Assembly: GCF_009914755.1 (NCBI RefSeq)
Contig: NC_060926.1
Reading direction: 5' to 3' (one strand)
DNA length: 64,000 bases
From: the human T2T-CHM13v2.0 reference genome, Homo sapiens
Made by a program: the position numbers and the translations under genes. A model generated the notes under the pieces. That model worked only from the letters and a program-made list of their open reading frames with translations. It was not told the DNA's origin and did not search any database. Positions 39,950 through 55,242 of this stretch are shown piece by piece (position 1 is the first letter of the stretch; every line of letters begins with the position of its first letter).

Positions 39950-41942
39950 TCTGATTATTTTTATTATTACATTGTCCTTGTTTGATTTTGTTATCGGGAT
40001 AAGTACAGCCTCATAAAATGTTCCCTTTTCTTCCATTTTCTGAAATAAATTGTGTAAATGTGTTATTAATTCAGTTTTAACACTTGGTAGAATTGTCCAG
40101 TGAAAGCATTTCAGCCTGAAGATTTGTTTATTAAAATATTTTAAGTTATAAACTCAATTTTAATATTTTTAGTTGAATTTTGGTAGTTTGTGATTTTCAA
40201 TTTACTGATAATAAATTAATTTGAGGTATTCTTTCATCTTTTTCTAATGAATGCAAAATCTGTACTGAAATTTCCTGTTTCATTTGTGATATTAGTGATT
40301 TATGTCTTCTTTACATCCCTCTCTGTCTTACTAGAGGTTTATTAATTGTAGTAAATTTTTCAAAGTGCCAAGTTTTGTTTTAATTACTTTATAAATGTTT
40401 CTCATTTTTGTTTTATTGATTTTATTGTTCCTTCCAATTGCTTTTAGTTTAATTTGCTTATTTATTAAAATTTCCCTATACAGGACTTAGATTATTTAAG
40501 ATCTTTCCTTTTTTAATACAAGAATTTATGTCCATAATTTTTTCTCTCATTACAGATATTGATATGTTGTATATACATTTCACTGAGCTCTAATTATTAC
40601 TTTTTTATTTTCTTTTCAACTTGGTCTTTGAACCATGAAGTATTTCTGAGTGTACTGTTTAATTTCTAAATATTTAGACAATTTCTCATTATCTCTGTGA
40701 AACTATTTTTTTTTAGTTTCATTTTATTATGGTCCAAGAACTTACTCTGTACCATATCAATTATTTTAAATGTGTTGATGCTACTTTTATGTACCACAAT
40801 ATGGTCTAACTTGGTGGATATTTAATGTATTCTTGAAATTATGTATTTTTCTATTCTTGAATGGAGTTTTCTATGTCTTCATTAAATACCATTTCTTGAT
40901 TATGTTGGTCAGATCCTTTATATGCTTGCTGATACCTGCCTAATAATTCTTTAAAGAGAGGTGTTTTCGTCCCCAGTTATAACTGTGTATACTCCTACTT
41001 TTCCTTTCATTCTATTTGTTCTATTTCTTTAAAACAAATTTTTATATTTTGAGGCTACACTGTTGAGGGAAAACATATCCAGGATCATTATATCTTCTAG
41101 GAGAATTGATGCTTCTATCATTATGTAAGGTCCCTCTTTGCCTCTAGTAATTTTCTTATTCTAAATTCTGTTTTATCAGATATTAATATAGACAATGTTG
41201 CATTATAAAATTAAAGTTAGAATGATATGCCTTTTCTCATCCTTTTACTTTCAACTTATCTCTTTTGTTGCATTTGAACTAAGTTTGTTATAAACAGCAC
41301 ATATTTGGAGCTGTGTTTTTTAATCACTCTGCCAATCTCTTTCCTTAATATGTGTATTTAGACCATTTACATTTAGCATAATTTTTGATGTTGTAAAGAT
41401 TATATCTTGTTTATTAGTATTCCTGTTGCTTTGTTTTCTCATTTTTATGAGTTACTTAAACGCTTTTCTTTAAAATTTTATCTTTATTTATTTGGAGGGC
41501 TTTTGAGTGTGCCACTTTTATGATTTCTCAGAATTAACTCTAATTTTTACCAAATACTTATGTGACATCACTGTTTACTTTGATTGCAGTATGAAAACAT
41601 GAAAACCTAAGTACTCTCTAGATCTGTCTTCCATTCAGAATTTTAAATAATATTATTGTCTTGATTATAATTTTTAAATTTTATTTCAATTATCACATAT
41701 AAATTAGAAAATTTATTAGAAGGATAGTCTTATATAGGTACTAACATTTCTACTTTCTGTTTTTCTTGCTTCTCTGCTGATGCTCCAAGATTTCTTCTTT
41801 TATGATTTTCATTGTGTTTGAAGAACTTCCTTCAGTCATTATTTAATTGTTTGTCTGCTTGTGACAGAAAATTGTAGTTATATTTTATCTGACATTGCCT
41901 CTATTTCTTCCTTATTTTTTAAAAACAGTTTCACCAGATTTG

Positions 41943-41976
<34 letters not shown>

Positions 41977-42902
41977 TGTATATATATATATATATATGGT
42001 GTATATATATATATATATATGGTGTATATATATATATATATATATATGGTGTATATATATATATATATGGTGTATATATATATATGGTGTATATATATAT
42101 ATATGGTGTGTATATATATATATATATGGTGTATATATATATATGGTGTATATATATATGGTATATATATATGGTATATATATATTTGCTATATATATAT
42201 AGCAGATCTGCTATATATATATATTTGCTATATATATAGCAGATCTGCTATATATATATATTTGCTATATATATAGCAGATCTGCTATATATATATATTT
42301 GCTATATATATAGCAGATCTACTATATATATTTGCTATATATATGCTATATATATGCTATATATATGCTACATATATGCTATATATATGCTATATATATG
42401 CTACATATATGCTATATATATGCTATATATATGCTACATATATGCTATATATATGCTATATATGCTACATATATGCTACATATATGCTATATATATGCTA
42501 CATATATGCTACATATATGCTATATATATGCTACATATATGCTATATATATGCTATATATACGCTATATATATGCTATATATATAGCTATATATATATGC
42601 TATATATGCTATATATATGCTATATATATGCTATATATATATGCTATATATGCTATATATATAGCATATATATGCTATATATGCTATATATATGCTCTAT
42701 ATATAGTATATATATGCTATATATATGCTATATATAGTATATATATGCTACATATATGCTATATATATGCTACATATATGCTATATATATGCCATATGTA
42801 TGCTATATATATGCTATATATATATGCTATATATATGCTATATATATATATATATATATATGGCCATATATGTATATATGGCCCCAATATGTGGTGTGTG
42901 TG

Positions 42903-42933
<31 letters not shown>

Positions 42934-43001
42934 ATGTGTGTGTGTATATATATATGTGTGTATATATATGGCTATTATATGTATATATGGCCCCAATGTA
43001 T

Positions 43002-43042
<41 letters not shown>

Positions 43043-44702
43043 TTTATAATTCTTTATTTTTAGCACTGAAAAAAATACTATGCCACTTCCTTCTGGCCTC
43101 CATGTTTTCAGGTCATGAATGTCTTCAATGAAATTAGTGTACACCAATAGCCAATGCATCAGTTACCTCTGGCTGATTTAAAGATTTCTCCTTTGTTTAC
43201 AGTTTTCAAAATTCTAATTTTGACGTCTTAAAATAGATTTATTTCATTTTTTTCTATTTGAAATTTTTAAGCTTTCTAAATTTGTATTTTTATGTTTGTC
43301 CCAAACTTTAGGGAGCTTTCAGCCATATTTCTCCAAATAATGTGTCATTTCCACTTTATCCTCTTCTTATGAGACTCCAGTAATCTGAATTTCGGATACT
43401 TTATAATTATACACAAGTCTTTGGTCATCTTTTGTCTATTTTCCCTCTATTGTTCAGATTGAATAAATTACATGAGCCCACCCTCAAGTTCGCGGATTCT
43501 ATCTTCTGCCATTTTATTCTATCATTGAGCACATTCAGCAAATTTATGTTATTTAATTTTTAGTTCTACAGCTTCATTGCATTTTCTTTATAACTTTCAT
43601 GTCTTGTTGAGATGTTATTTGTCTGATTGTTTACAGATAATTTTTAAATTTTCTGCTGAATTAATTTTTAGGATGGTGATTTAAAATCATTTGAAAATTT
43701 AATTATCTAGTTCATTTTTATTTTATGTCATATAATTGTCTTTTCATATTCATAAGATAATTTTTCTTGTTCATTGCATGACAGGTGGTTGTCTTTTCTG
43801 TACTGAGTGTTTTGTCTCTTGTTTTCAGAAACCTCACGTTCTTTTTAGTTTTTTCTAAATTTTATCACACAATCACCATGCAGATTTTGAACACAGGTTC
43901 TGATGTATTTTTTGGGCTGGTATTCCTATGACATTCTAATTTTTAGAATATTTTTAATGAAATTTGGTCTACTTATTTTACTTCATGCTGCTGGAGCTCT
44001 TACTGCTCCCTACTGATGCTGCTTGAGGAAAATAATGGAACTTCTCTGGTTGTGCTGCCTCATGTCTGTAATGGGTGAAGGGAGTGTCAAGGCCTCTCTC
44101 AGAGAAACACTGAGTCATTTACTGGATTTTTTTTTTTAATTGGGATCACCATTTTTGGGATCACCATTTTTGAGATCATCTGGCTTCCTAGTGTCACTTT
44201 GTGTACTAAGAGAGTTTTAAGACTGCAGTGACAGAGTTTCCCTGAACTGGACACTTGTCATGGTGACATTTCCCTTGTCTATGTTTTTCAGTTGTGTGGT
44301 TTCTCTGTATGGAAGTGAGTCCCAGGCACAGCAGGAGAGAAGAGCACTTTTTCTGGACACTTATTGTCAGTGGGATTTCCCATAGAACAGATCATCATTG
44401 ATCTTTTTATTAATGTAGATGGAACCCCCATTAAATGAAAATATGTGCACACCTGGGTGGTTTTGTGTTGTTGAGAATCAGCAAATCTGGGCCAGGGTCA
44501 CCATTTTTCTGTTATGTGTGGAATCATAAGATTCATTAGTTCTCTATTTTTTCTTAAGTTTCTAGAATCCCTAACCAGTTTGCCTTTATTTTTTTCTGCT
44601 TAGCATTCTCCTTTGCCTGTATATTACCTTATATCAGGAAAGTATAGTTGATGAAGAGCAGGAAGAGATGAGCCTATGCCATCTTAACTGGTCTGGACAT
44701 TC
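39950..44702 (-). mobile_element. Highly decayed old L1 (L1ME/L1MD-type) 5' half
   Basis: T-rich antisense L1 ORF2/ORF1-like motifs (GGTAGAATTGTCCAGTGAA, GAGAATTGATGCTTCTATCATTATG, CTTCTGGCCTCCATG). 5'-end motif GCCATCTTAACTGG near 44680. Confidence 0.7.
41942..43040. repeat. 1.1-kb compound (TA)n-derived satellite
   Basis: Successive blocks of (TA)nTGGTG, (TA)nGCAGATCTGC, (TATATATGC)n/(TACATATATGC)n, (TG)n and (TA)n. Confidence 0.98.
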
Positions 44703-45797
44703 CTGTGAGGCATAGATAGTTAAGGTATATTTTCATTAATTTAGTAAAGACAATTTTAAGAAGGAATCATTTCTCCCCAAAACACTTGACATGAATTTTA
44801 ACCCTGCTTTAAGAAGATTAGATAGCTACATAATCATATTCCTGTTTCCCTGTGTGAGGACTGACTAGATATTTAATTTTCTGTGAAAATATCATCACTT
44901 ATTTAAAATTCACCAGTTTATTCATTCTTATCTTGAATTCACACACATTCCAACTACCTGAACACATTTTGATGTATTTTCCAAATTTAAGGACGTTCAT
45001 TTCTTCCATTTTCATGAACCTTTATGGGTGATCAAAAAGAAAATATTTCTGTGGTCCGAAGAGATTATGTTTAGGTTTTATAGTTTCGTTTCTTTTTTTT
45101 TAAAAGAAGGAATTCAGATGTTGGGGCTAAATACAAAGAACCATTTAATAGCCATATGCACACATTTTAATAATGATACAATAAATATAATTATAATATA
45201 CTTATTTGTTTAATGTAAACTAGGATACTAAATTCAAAGTTCAGCTGGAAAAAGATTATTTGTAAGTAGAGGAAAAAATAATATAAACATTATTATATAG
45301 AATGTGGAATATTGGACACTCAGTATATTTATGTTCTGTCTTTTAGAATATTAATTAGGTGGGAATAGAAAACTAATAGAAGTGGGAAATCTTGAATGTT
45401 CAAATAATTTTACATATTTCTGCTCTAGAAATAGAATAAACAGACTTTATGTTGTAATGGCAGAAATTAAAGAGAGGAAGCGTGGTCTTCTCAATTTTGG
45501 ATTGAATATCTAAATCACTGAAAAACTTAAAGCATATCACTGATAGTTGAACTAAACACAAAAAAAAGAATAGCGTCTACTTATCATATCTTTAGGATTG
45601 ATGGATTTAATAAAATAATCTTGAAAGATACTGTCCACCATTAAAGTACAAATAAAAGACAAACAAAATAAGCACATCAAGAGGTTGAATGGACCAAATA
45701 GCATGACAAACAAATACTTCAAAAACTTAATAAGATCTATTCAATAACCCAAAATTTAAAAAAAAAAGGCGGGGGGGTGTATAATATGGGTGAAAGT

Positions 45798-46310
45798 TGT
45801 AGGTGCCAGGGAAAATGACTTTTGTCAGGCCCAGACAAAATAGGGCCAGGAAAGCATGAAGAGAGGAAGCTTATACCTACATATCCGGGATAAGGACTGT
45901 TTCCAAGAACATTCCAAAACCCCACAAGAAATTCCTGTACATTCTTCAAGCATGTCCTTTTCAGGGCTTACATATTTCACGCATATACTAACATTTCTAT
46001 GACAAGGTAGATATTCCTTAGACATTCCCTAGAACTGCAGTAATTCGGACAAGATATTGTCAAAAAATACTTGCCCAGTTAACAGCATCTCCACCAATGA
46101 ACTGATAACCACTCTGACTTTGGATCTCTGGAACCAATGAACACTATTTCTAAGCAGCTTCTCTCTCCCTTTCTAAGCAGTGACCCTCTCCCTTTTTGCT
46201 AGGAAAAGCTTCCTTTTGCCCTTCCCTCAAAGTATGCCCTTGTGGCATCCTAGGTTATAATCTTCATTTCTCATTCCAAGTAAACTCAACATATTTGGAG
46301 AACATTTTCT
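45798..46310 (+). mobile_element. ERV1-class solo LTR (MER67/MER34-like), 3' end eroded
   Basis: Starts TGTAG; contains AGGCCCAGACAAAATAGGGCC, two CCAATGAAC boxes and a polyA-signal-like CTCATTCCAAGTAAACTC. The subfamily is uncertain. Confidence 0.6.
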
Positions 46311-46781
46311 GTAACGGAGACACTTAAAGAACAATTTATTTGGTTTCTAAATCGCTCAAGTAGTAGGCAATTATTCTCTACCTCCTTGAAAACTAACGCA
46401 TTATGTGGAATTCTTCTGCAGGAGAGGTTTGTATATTCTCAACTCTATTCAATAGTTATTTGTATTATTACAGACTCACTGATACTGAGTTAATTTTGTT
46501 GCTCAAATTGGCCCAGATTGGTGACTGAGAGCTCTTTCAGTGGATTCTGTGTCCTTCCACTCCCCCAATCATTGTTTGGTTTTGCATGCTTAGCACTTTC
46601 TTACTTTCTTACACCCTAGACTTACACATTTTCTGTCTCAGTCCTAGAGTCAGCCATTTCTCCAAGAAGCCCTTGTTCCTTTTTATGGGAGAAAGATATT
46701 AGAAATCAGAATCTGAGTATAAAATATGCATGTTGTTACTGGAGAGTCATTGCTTCTAGTCTCTCTCAACTGATAGAGGAA

Positions 46782-46823
<42 letters not shown>

Positions 46824-46837
46824 GCATGTGTGTGTGT
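46782..46837. repeat. (TA)n(TG)n microsatellite
   Basis: Read directly from the sequence. Confidence 0.95.
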
Positions 46838-46844
46838 ATTAGCC

Positions 46845-47221
46845 AGAACTTTGAAGATGTGATTAAGTTAGGAATCTTAAAATGAGATTAAGGTCCTTGT
46901 AAGAGGGAGGCTGGAGAGTCAGTGTCAGAGGAAAAGACAGGAAGATGGAAGGAGAGGCCTAAGTGATGCAATTGCTGGCTTTGAAGGTGGTCGACAGGAC
47001 CAGGGCCATGGAATATAGGCAGCCCCTAGAAGCTGGAAAAACAAGAGGGTGAATTCTCCCCTAGAACCTGTAGAAGGAATGCAATCCTGCTACACTTTGA
47101 TTTTGAAGAACAAACCCTATTTTGAATTCTCACCTACAGAACTCTAAGATACTGATTTATTTTATTTCAAGCCACCGAGTTTTGTGAAACTTTGCTGTGG
47201 CAGCTGTAGAAACTTGATATA
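46845..47221 (+). mobile_element. MLT1D-like MaLR LTR
   Basis: GATGTGATTAAGTTA, TTGCTGGCTTTGAAG, CTAGAAGCTGGAAAA, TTCTCCCCTAGA, AAGCCAC...TTTGTG. Confidence 0.85.
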
Positions 47222-47907
47222 CTGATTTTAGGAGAATTCACACTGAAATTTTGCAACTCAAATCCGTTGCTATATGAATCATTTTATTCTACCACTCTTG
47301 CTTACTTATACTCTTCCATTCCAATTGTGAGAAACTTGGCTCCCACTATCTGCCATCCATGTACTTGTTTACTTCTAGTATATATGTTTTACAGTGGTTC
47401 CAGAATTGGTAACCTATACACCATGGGAAATGACTTTATCAAGAAGAGTGCACTGATTATGTAGGTTTCCTTTGGATTTCAATCATTCTGACTCTCCTTA
47501 TTTCCAAGTTATTAGTCCAGCACCTCTGCTCCCCACCTTCAGTAAATTGGTCACATGCATTTGTGACACAGATTATTTTGGCACATTTGCTTTACACCAC
47601 TGAATCGTCTGAATTCCTGATTTTGTAAGTTTAAATACTTCACTTTGTGATGTAAAGTTTCATGCACGGAATTTAAAAAATTGTGTCATGTTTCTATTAT
47701 TAGAGTATCATATAGAGTGTTACACCATCCTAAATAATCCTCTGCACTTCATTTATTTAACACCCCCAACCACTAATCTCTGACAACTTCTCATCTGTGA
47801 ACTATTTTTATAGAATATAGCTTTGAAGCTTTGAAGGTTTGCATCTATCAATTTGCAATAGGCACTTAAAATTCATCTATGTCAGTGTGTAGTTTGATAG
47901 CTCACTT

Positions 47908-48206
47908 TATTTATTTATTTATTTTTTTGACAGTTTCACTCTTGTTGCCCAGACTGGAGTGCAGTGGTGTGATCTCAGTTCACCCCAACCTCCGCCTCCC
48001 AGGTTCAAGCGATTCTCCTGCCTCAACCTCCTGAGTGGCTGGGATTACAGGCATGCACCACCACACCCAGCTAATTTTGTATTTTTTAGTAGTGATGGGG
48101 TTTCTCCATGTTGGTCAGGCTGGTCTCAAACTAACAACCTCAGGTGATCCTCCTGCCTCGGCCTCCCAAAGTGCTGGGATGACAGGCATAAGCCACTGAG
48201 CCGGCT
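47908..48206 (-). mobile_element. AluSq/Sp
   Basis: Diagnostic TTTCACTCTTGTTGCCCAG and TTGGTCAGG. TSD AGCTCACTT at 47899-47907 and 48207-48215. Confidence 0.95.
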
Positions 48207-48303
48207 AGCTCACTTCCCTTTTTAGCTGTGCTGCAGTTTGATTATCCACTCATCTATTGAGAGTGGATTTGGTAGCTTCCAGGTTTTGAAACTCATAAAT
48301 ACA

Positions 48304-48615
<312 letters not shown>

Positions 48616-49294
48616 TCATAAATACAGATGCTATGAATGTTTGCACATGCATGTTTTTGAGTGGGCATAGGTTTTCAAACTAGTTGGGTAAATAACAAGA
48701 AGCGTGATTACAGTATTACGTGGTAAAACTATTTTTAGCTTTGAAAGAAACTGCGAAACTACCGTCCAAAGTTGTTAATATCGTTTTGCATTGTACAAGC
48801 AATGAGTGAGAGTGCCTGTGCTTTACATCCCCGTTAGCATTGGGCATTGTCAGTTTTAGGGAACTTATCCATTCTAAAAATATTGGTGGTAACTCATTAT
48901 TATTTTATTTTGTATTTCCCTAATGACAGATAATGCAGAAGATATTTTGCTTTGGTTTATTTGCATCCACTTATCTTTTCATTGCATTTTCCACATCTTG
49001 CCCATTTTAAAACTGGGTTGTATTCTGGTTGTTGAGATTTGAAGGTTGTTTATAAGATAGGTGTTTTGCAAATATTTTCTCCCAGTGTGGCTTACGTTTG
49101 CCTGCTCTTAAAAATGTTCCTTGTGGAGAAGATTTAATCTTAATAAAGTCCAACTTGTCATTTTAAAAAATTGAACATGCTTTTGGTGTCGTATCAAAAA
49201 ACTCACAGCCTAACCAAAAGTCAAAGATTTTTGTTAATGTTATCTTTTAGAAGTTTCATAGTTTTGTATTTCAGATCTACAATCCATTTCCTAT

Positions 49295-50285
49295 GTTCTG
49301 TATCTAGTGTACTCTAATTCATAGAGCCAGAAGTAGAATGGTGGTTGGCGGCCACTGCTGGAATGGACTAAATGGTAGTTACTGTTTAATGGGCACAGAG
49401 TTTCAGCTTTGCAAGATGGATGGAGTTTTGGAGATGGATGGTGGTAATGATTGAACAACAAATTGAAAATACTTAATACCCCTGAGCTGTACCCTTGAAA
49501 ATGATTAAGATGGGTTGGTTTCAAGCCTTTGCTATTGTAAATAGTGCTACAGTAAACATACGTGTGCATGTGTCTTTTTAGTAAAATGATTTATAATGCT
49601 TTGGGTATATACCCAGTAATGGGATTGCTGGTTCAAATGGTATTTCAAATGCTGGGTCAAATGGTATTTCTCATTCTAGATCCTTGAGGAATCTCCACAC
49701 TGTCTTCCACAATGGTTGAACTAATTTGCGCTGCCACCAACAGTGTAAAAGCATTCCTATTTCTCCATAGCCTCGCCAGCATTTCCTGTTTCCTGACTTT
49801 TTAATAATAGCCATTCTGACTGGCATGAGATGGTATAAAGAAAATGTGGCATATACACACCATGGAAAACTATGCAGCCATAAAAAAGAATGAGTTCATG
49901 TCCTTTGCGGGGACATGGATGAAGCTGGAAGCCATCATTCTCAGCCAACTAATACAGGAACAGAAAATTAAACACTGCATGTTCTCACTTATAAGTGGGA
50001 GTTGAAAAAGAGAACATATGGACACAGGGAGGGGATGATCACACACTGGGACCTGTCAGAGGGTGGGCGACAAGCGGAGGGAGAGCATTAGGACAAACAC
50101 CTAATGTATGTGGGGCTTAAAACCCATATGATGGGTTGATAGATGCAGCAAACCACCATGGCATATGCATACCTATGTAACAAACCTGCGCGTTCTGCAC
50201 ATGTATCCCAGAACTTAAAATTTTTTTAAAAAAAGTTTAGGATAGTAAATTTTATGTCGTGTCTATATTGCCACAATAAAAAATA
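49295..50285 (+). mobile_element. L1MB 3'-end fragment interrupted by an L1PA8
   Basis: GTAGAATGGTGGTTG...TTTAATGGGCACAGAGTTTCAG...AAAATGATTAAGAT, resuming after the insert as GATAGTAAATTTTATG...CCACAATAAAAA. Confidence 0.8.
49511..50230 (+). mobile_element. L1PA8-like, 5'-truncated and 5'-inverted (twin priming)
   Basis: Antisense ORF2 segment 49511-49836 is joined through a 2-bp AT overlap to the sense 3' end 49835-50230. 3'UTR diagnostics GCATTAGGACAAA and GGGGCTTAAAACC. Confidence 0.92.
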
Positions 50286-50299
50286 ATGTATAATTTTAA

Positions 50300-51210
50300 G
50301 TATTAGATTTAGATTTTTGACCCGTTTTGAGTTGATTTTTATACATGTTGTAAGATATGATTCAACTTCAACTTTTTGCCTGTTGATATCCAGTTGTTCT
50401 GGTACCATTTGTTGTAAAGAATATTCTCTCTCCATTGAGTGGACTTGGCACACTTGTAAAAAATTAGGCTGGATGCAGTGGCTCATGCCTGTAATTCCAG
50501 CACTTCAGAAGACTGAGGTGAGAAGATCACTTGAGCCCAGGAGTTTGAGACTATCCAGTGCAAGATTGCAAGACCTCATCTCTATAAAATAATTTTTAAA
50601 AATTATCGGGTCATGGCAGCACCTGCCTGTAGTTCCAGCTACTCAGGAGGCTGAGGTGGGAGGATCCCCAGAGACCAGGAGTTCAACATTTCAGTGAGCT
50701 GCAATCTCACTTTGCACTCCAACCTGGGCAATAGAGAAGACCCCCATCTCTTTAAAAAAATCAATTGACCATGGATGTATGGGTATATTTTGGGTTTCCC
50801 AATTCTATCTTATTGATCTATATGTGTTATCTTTGTGCCAGTTTGAAGCTGGGACGTGTGACTCTCCTTATTTTGTGTTTGTCTTTGAAAGATTGTTTTG
50901 GTTATACTTGGTACCTTGCAACATATGGACTTTAGATACAGTTTTTCAATTTCTATGAGAAGACAGCTGAGATTTTGATTAATTGCATTGCATCTGTATC
51001 AATTTGTGAAGTATTGACATCTTAATAATGTTAAGTATTCTAATACATGAATATGGGATATTTTTTCAACTTATTTAGATCTTCCTTATTTATTTCAATA
51101 ACGATTTGTAGTTTTCAATACATACATTTCTTTTTCTTTAGATACATTTATTCCTAAATATTTCAGTTCTTTTGATACTATTATTAATTGAATTATTTTC
51201 TTTTTTAAAT
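50300..51210 (-). mobile_element. Old L1M ORF2 fragment
   Basis: TTGATATCCAGTTGTTCTGGTACCATTTGTTG and AATCAATTGACCATGGATGTATGGG; interrupted by an AluJ. Confidence 0.75.
50467..50760 (+). mobile_element. AluJ
   Basis: Diverged dimer with CTTGAGCCCAGGAG. TSD approximately AAAAAATTA / AAAAAATCA. Confidence 0.92.
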
Positions 51211-51220
51211 AATTATGACT

Positions 51221-52133
<913 letters not shown>

Positions 52134-55100
52134 GGAGGGACCAATATGGCCAAGTAGGAACAGCTCCAGTCTGCAGCTCCCAGTGAGGCCAATGCAGAAG
52201 GCGGGTGATTTCTGCATTTCCAACTGAGGTACCTGATTCATCTCAATGGGACTGGTTAGGCAGTGGGTGCAACCCACAGAGAGTGAGCAGAAGCAGGGTG
52301 GGTGTTGCTTCACCTGTGAAGTGCAAGGAGCTGTAGGACCTCCCTCCCCCAGCCAAGGGAAGATGTGAGGGACTGTGCTACCCGGCCTGGGTACCATGCT
52401 TTTCCCACAGTTTTGCAATCCGCAGATTAGGAGATTCCCTCATGTGCCTACACTACCAAGGCCCTGGGTTTCAAGCACAAAAGTGGGTGGCTGTTTGGGC
52501 AGACACCGAACTAGCTGCATGAGTTTTTTTTTGGTACCCCAGTGGTACCTGGAACCCCAGCGAGACAGAACCGTTCACTCCCCTGGAAAGGGGACTGAAG
52601 CCAGGGAGCCAAGTAGTTTTCGTTCAGTGGGTCCCACTCCCATGGAGCCCAGCAAGCTAAGAACCGCTGGCTGGAAAATCTCACTGCCAGCACAGCAATG
52701 TGAAGTCAACCAGAGATAATCAAGCTTGGTGGGTGGAGGGACATCTGCCATTACTGAGGCTTTAGTAGGTAGTTTTCTCCTGACGGTGCTAAGGGGGCTA
52801 GGAGGTTTGGACTGGGTGGAATTCATCACAGTGTGGCAAAGCAGCTGTGGCCAGACTGCTTCTCTAGATTCCTCCTCACTGGGCAGGGTATTTCTGAAGG
52901 AAAGACAGCAGCCCCAGTAATGGGCTTACAGATAAAACTCTCATCTCACTGGGACAGAGCACCGGGGGGAAGGGGCAGATGTGGGCACAGCTTCAACGCA
53001 TTTAATCTTTCCTGCCTGCTGGCTCTGAAGAGTGCAGCTGATCCGGACAAGCAGGATTCTGCCAGCACAGCACACAAGCTCTGCTAAGGGACAAACTGCC
53101 TCCTCAAGTGGGTCCCTGATCCCTGTGCCTCCTAACTGGGAGAGAACTCCCAAAAGGGGTGGACAGACACATCATACAGGACAGCATCAGCTGGCATCAC
53201 TCTGGTGGCCCTCTAGGGTGAAGCTTTCAGAGAAAGGAGCAGTTAGTAATCTTTGCAGCCTCCAGCAAACTGCAGCAGACCTGCAGAAGAGGAGTCTGTT
53301 TGGTAGAAGAAAAACTGACATACAGAAAGGAGCAACATCAGCATCAGCAAAAAGAGATTCCCACACAAAAACCTCAAACAAAGATCATCAGCCTCAAAGA
53401 TCAAAGGTAGATAAATCCACGAAGATGAGGAATAACCAGTGAAAAAGTGCTGAAAATTCCAAAAAACAGACTGCCTCTTCTCCTCCAAATGATCGCAACT
53501 CCTCTCCAGCAAGGGCACAAAACTGGAGGGAGAATGAGATTGACAAATTGACAGAAGTAGGCTTCAGAAGGTGGGCAATAACAAACTCCTCTGAGCTAAA
53601 GGAGCATGTTCTAACCCAATGCAAGGAAGTTAAGAACCTTGATAAAAGGCTAGAGGACCTACTAACTAGAATAACCAGTTTAGAGAAGAACATAAATGAC
53701 CTGATGTAGCTGAAAAACACAGCACGAGAACTTCGTGAAGCATACACAAGTATTAACAGCCAAATCGATCAAGTGGAAGAAAGGATGTCAGGGATTGAAG
53801 ATCATCTTACTGAAATAAGGCATGAAGACAAGATTAGAGAAAAAAGAATGAAAAGGAATGAACAAAGCCTCCCGGAAATATAAGACTATGTGAAAAGACC
53901 AAACCTGCAATTGATTGGTGTACCCGAAAGTGATGGGGAGAATGGAACCAAATTGGAAAACACACTTTAGGATATTATCCAAGAGAACTTCCCAACCTAG
54001 CAAGACAGGCTAACATTCAAATTCAGGAAATACAGAGAAAACCACTAAGATACTCCTTGAGAAGAGCAACCCCAACTCATATAATTGTCAGATTCTCCAA
54101 GGTTGAAATGAAGGAAAAATGTTAAGGACAGCCATAGAGAAAGGTTAGGTTACCTACAAAGGGAAGCCCATCAGACTAACAGTAGATCTCTCTGCAGAAA
54201 CCTTACAAGCCAGAAGAGAGAGGGAGTCAATATTCAACATTCTTAAAGAAAAGAATTTTCGACCTAGAATTTCATATCCAGCCAAACTAAGCTTTATGAG
54301 TAAAGGAGAAATAAAATCATTTACAGACAAGTAAATGCTGAGAGATTTTGTCACCACCAGGCCTGCCTTACAAGGGCTCCTGAAGGAAGCACTAAATATG
54401 TAAAGGAAAAAACAGTACTAGCTACTGCATAAACACACCAAAATATGAAGACCAATGACACTATGAAGAAACTGCATCAACTAATGTGCAAAATAAGCAG
54501 CTAGCATCGTAATGACAGGATCAAATTTACACATAACAATATTAACCTCAAATGTAAATGGGCTAAATCCTCCCAATTAAAAGACACAGACTGACAAATT
54601 GGGTAAAGAGTCAAGACCCATGGGTGTGCTGTGTTTAGGAAACGCATCTTACATGCGAAAACACACACAGGCTCAAAATAAAGGGATGGAGGAATATCCA
54701 CCAAGCAAAAGGAAAGCATAAAAAGCAGGAGTTGCAATCCTAATCTTTGATAAAACAGACTTTCAACCAACAAAGATCAAAAAAGACAAAGAAGGGCATT
54801 ATATAATGGTAAAGGAATCAATGCAACAAGAGGAGCTAACTATCCTAAATATATATGCACCCAGTACAGGAGCATCCAGATTCATAAAACAAGTTCTTAG
54901 AGACCTACAAAGAGACTTAGACTCCCACACAGTAGTAGTGGAGACTTTAATACCTTACTGTCAACATTAGATGGATCAATGAGACAGAAAATTAACGAGG
55001 ATATTCAGGACTCAAACTTAGCTCTGGACCAAGCAGACCTAACAGACATCTACAGAACTCTGTACCCCAAATCAACAGAATATACATTCTTCTCAGCACC

Positions 55101-55242
55101 ACATAGCACTTATTCTAAAATTGACCACATAATTGGAAGTAAAACACTCCTCAGAAAATGCAAAAGAATGGAAATCATAACAAACTGTCTCTCAGACCAC
55201 AGTGCAATCAAATTAGAACTCAGGATTAAGAAACTCACTCAA

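Noticed and set aside
41861-43159. Long ORFs up to 262 aa rich in Y/I/C/M/A
   Set aside because: They are translations of the TA satellite, which lacks stop codons; not genes.
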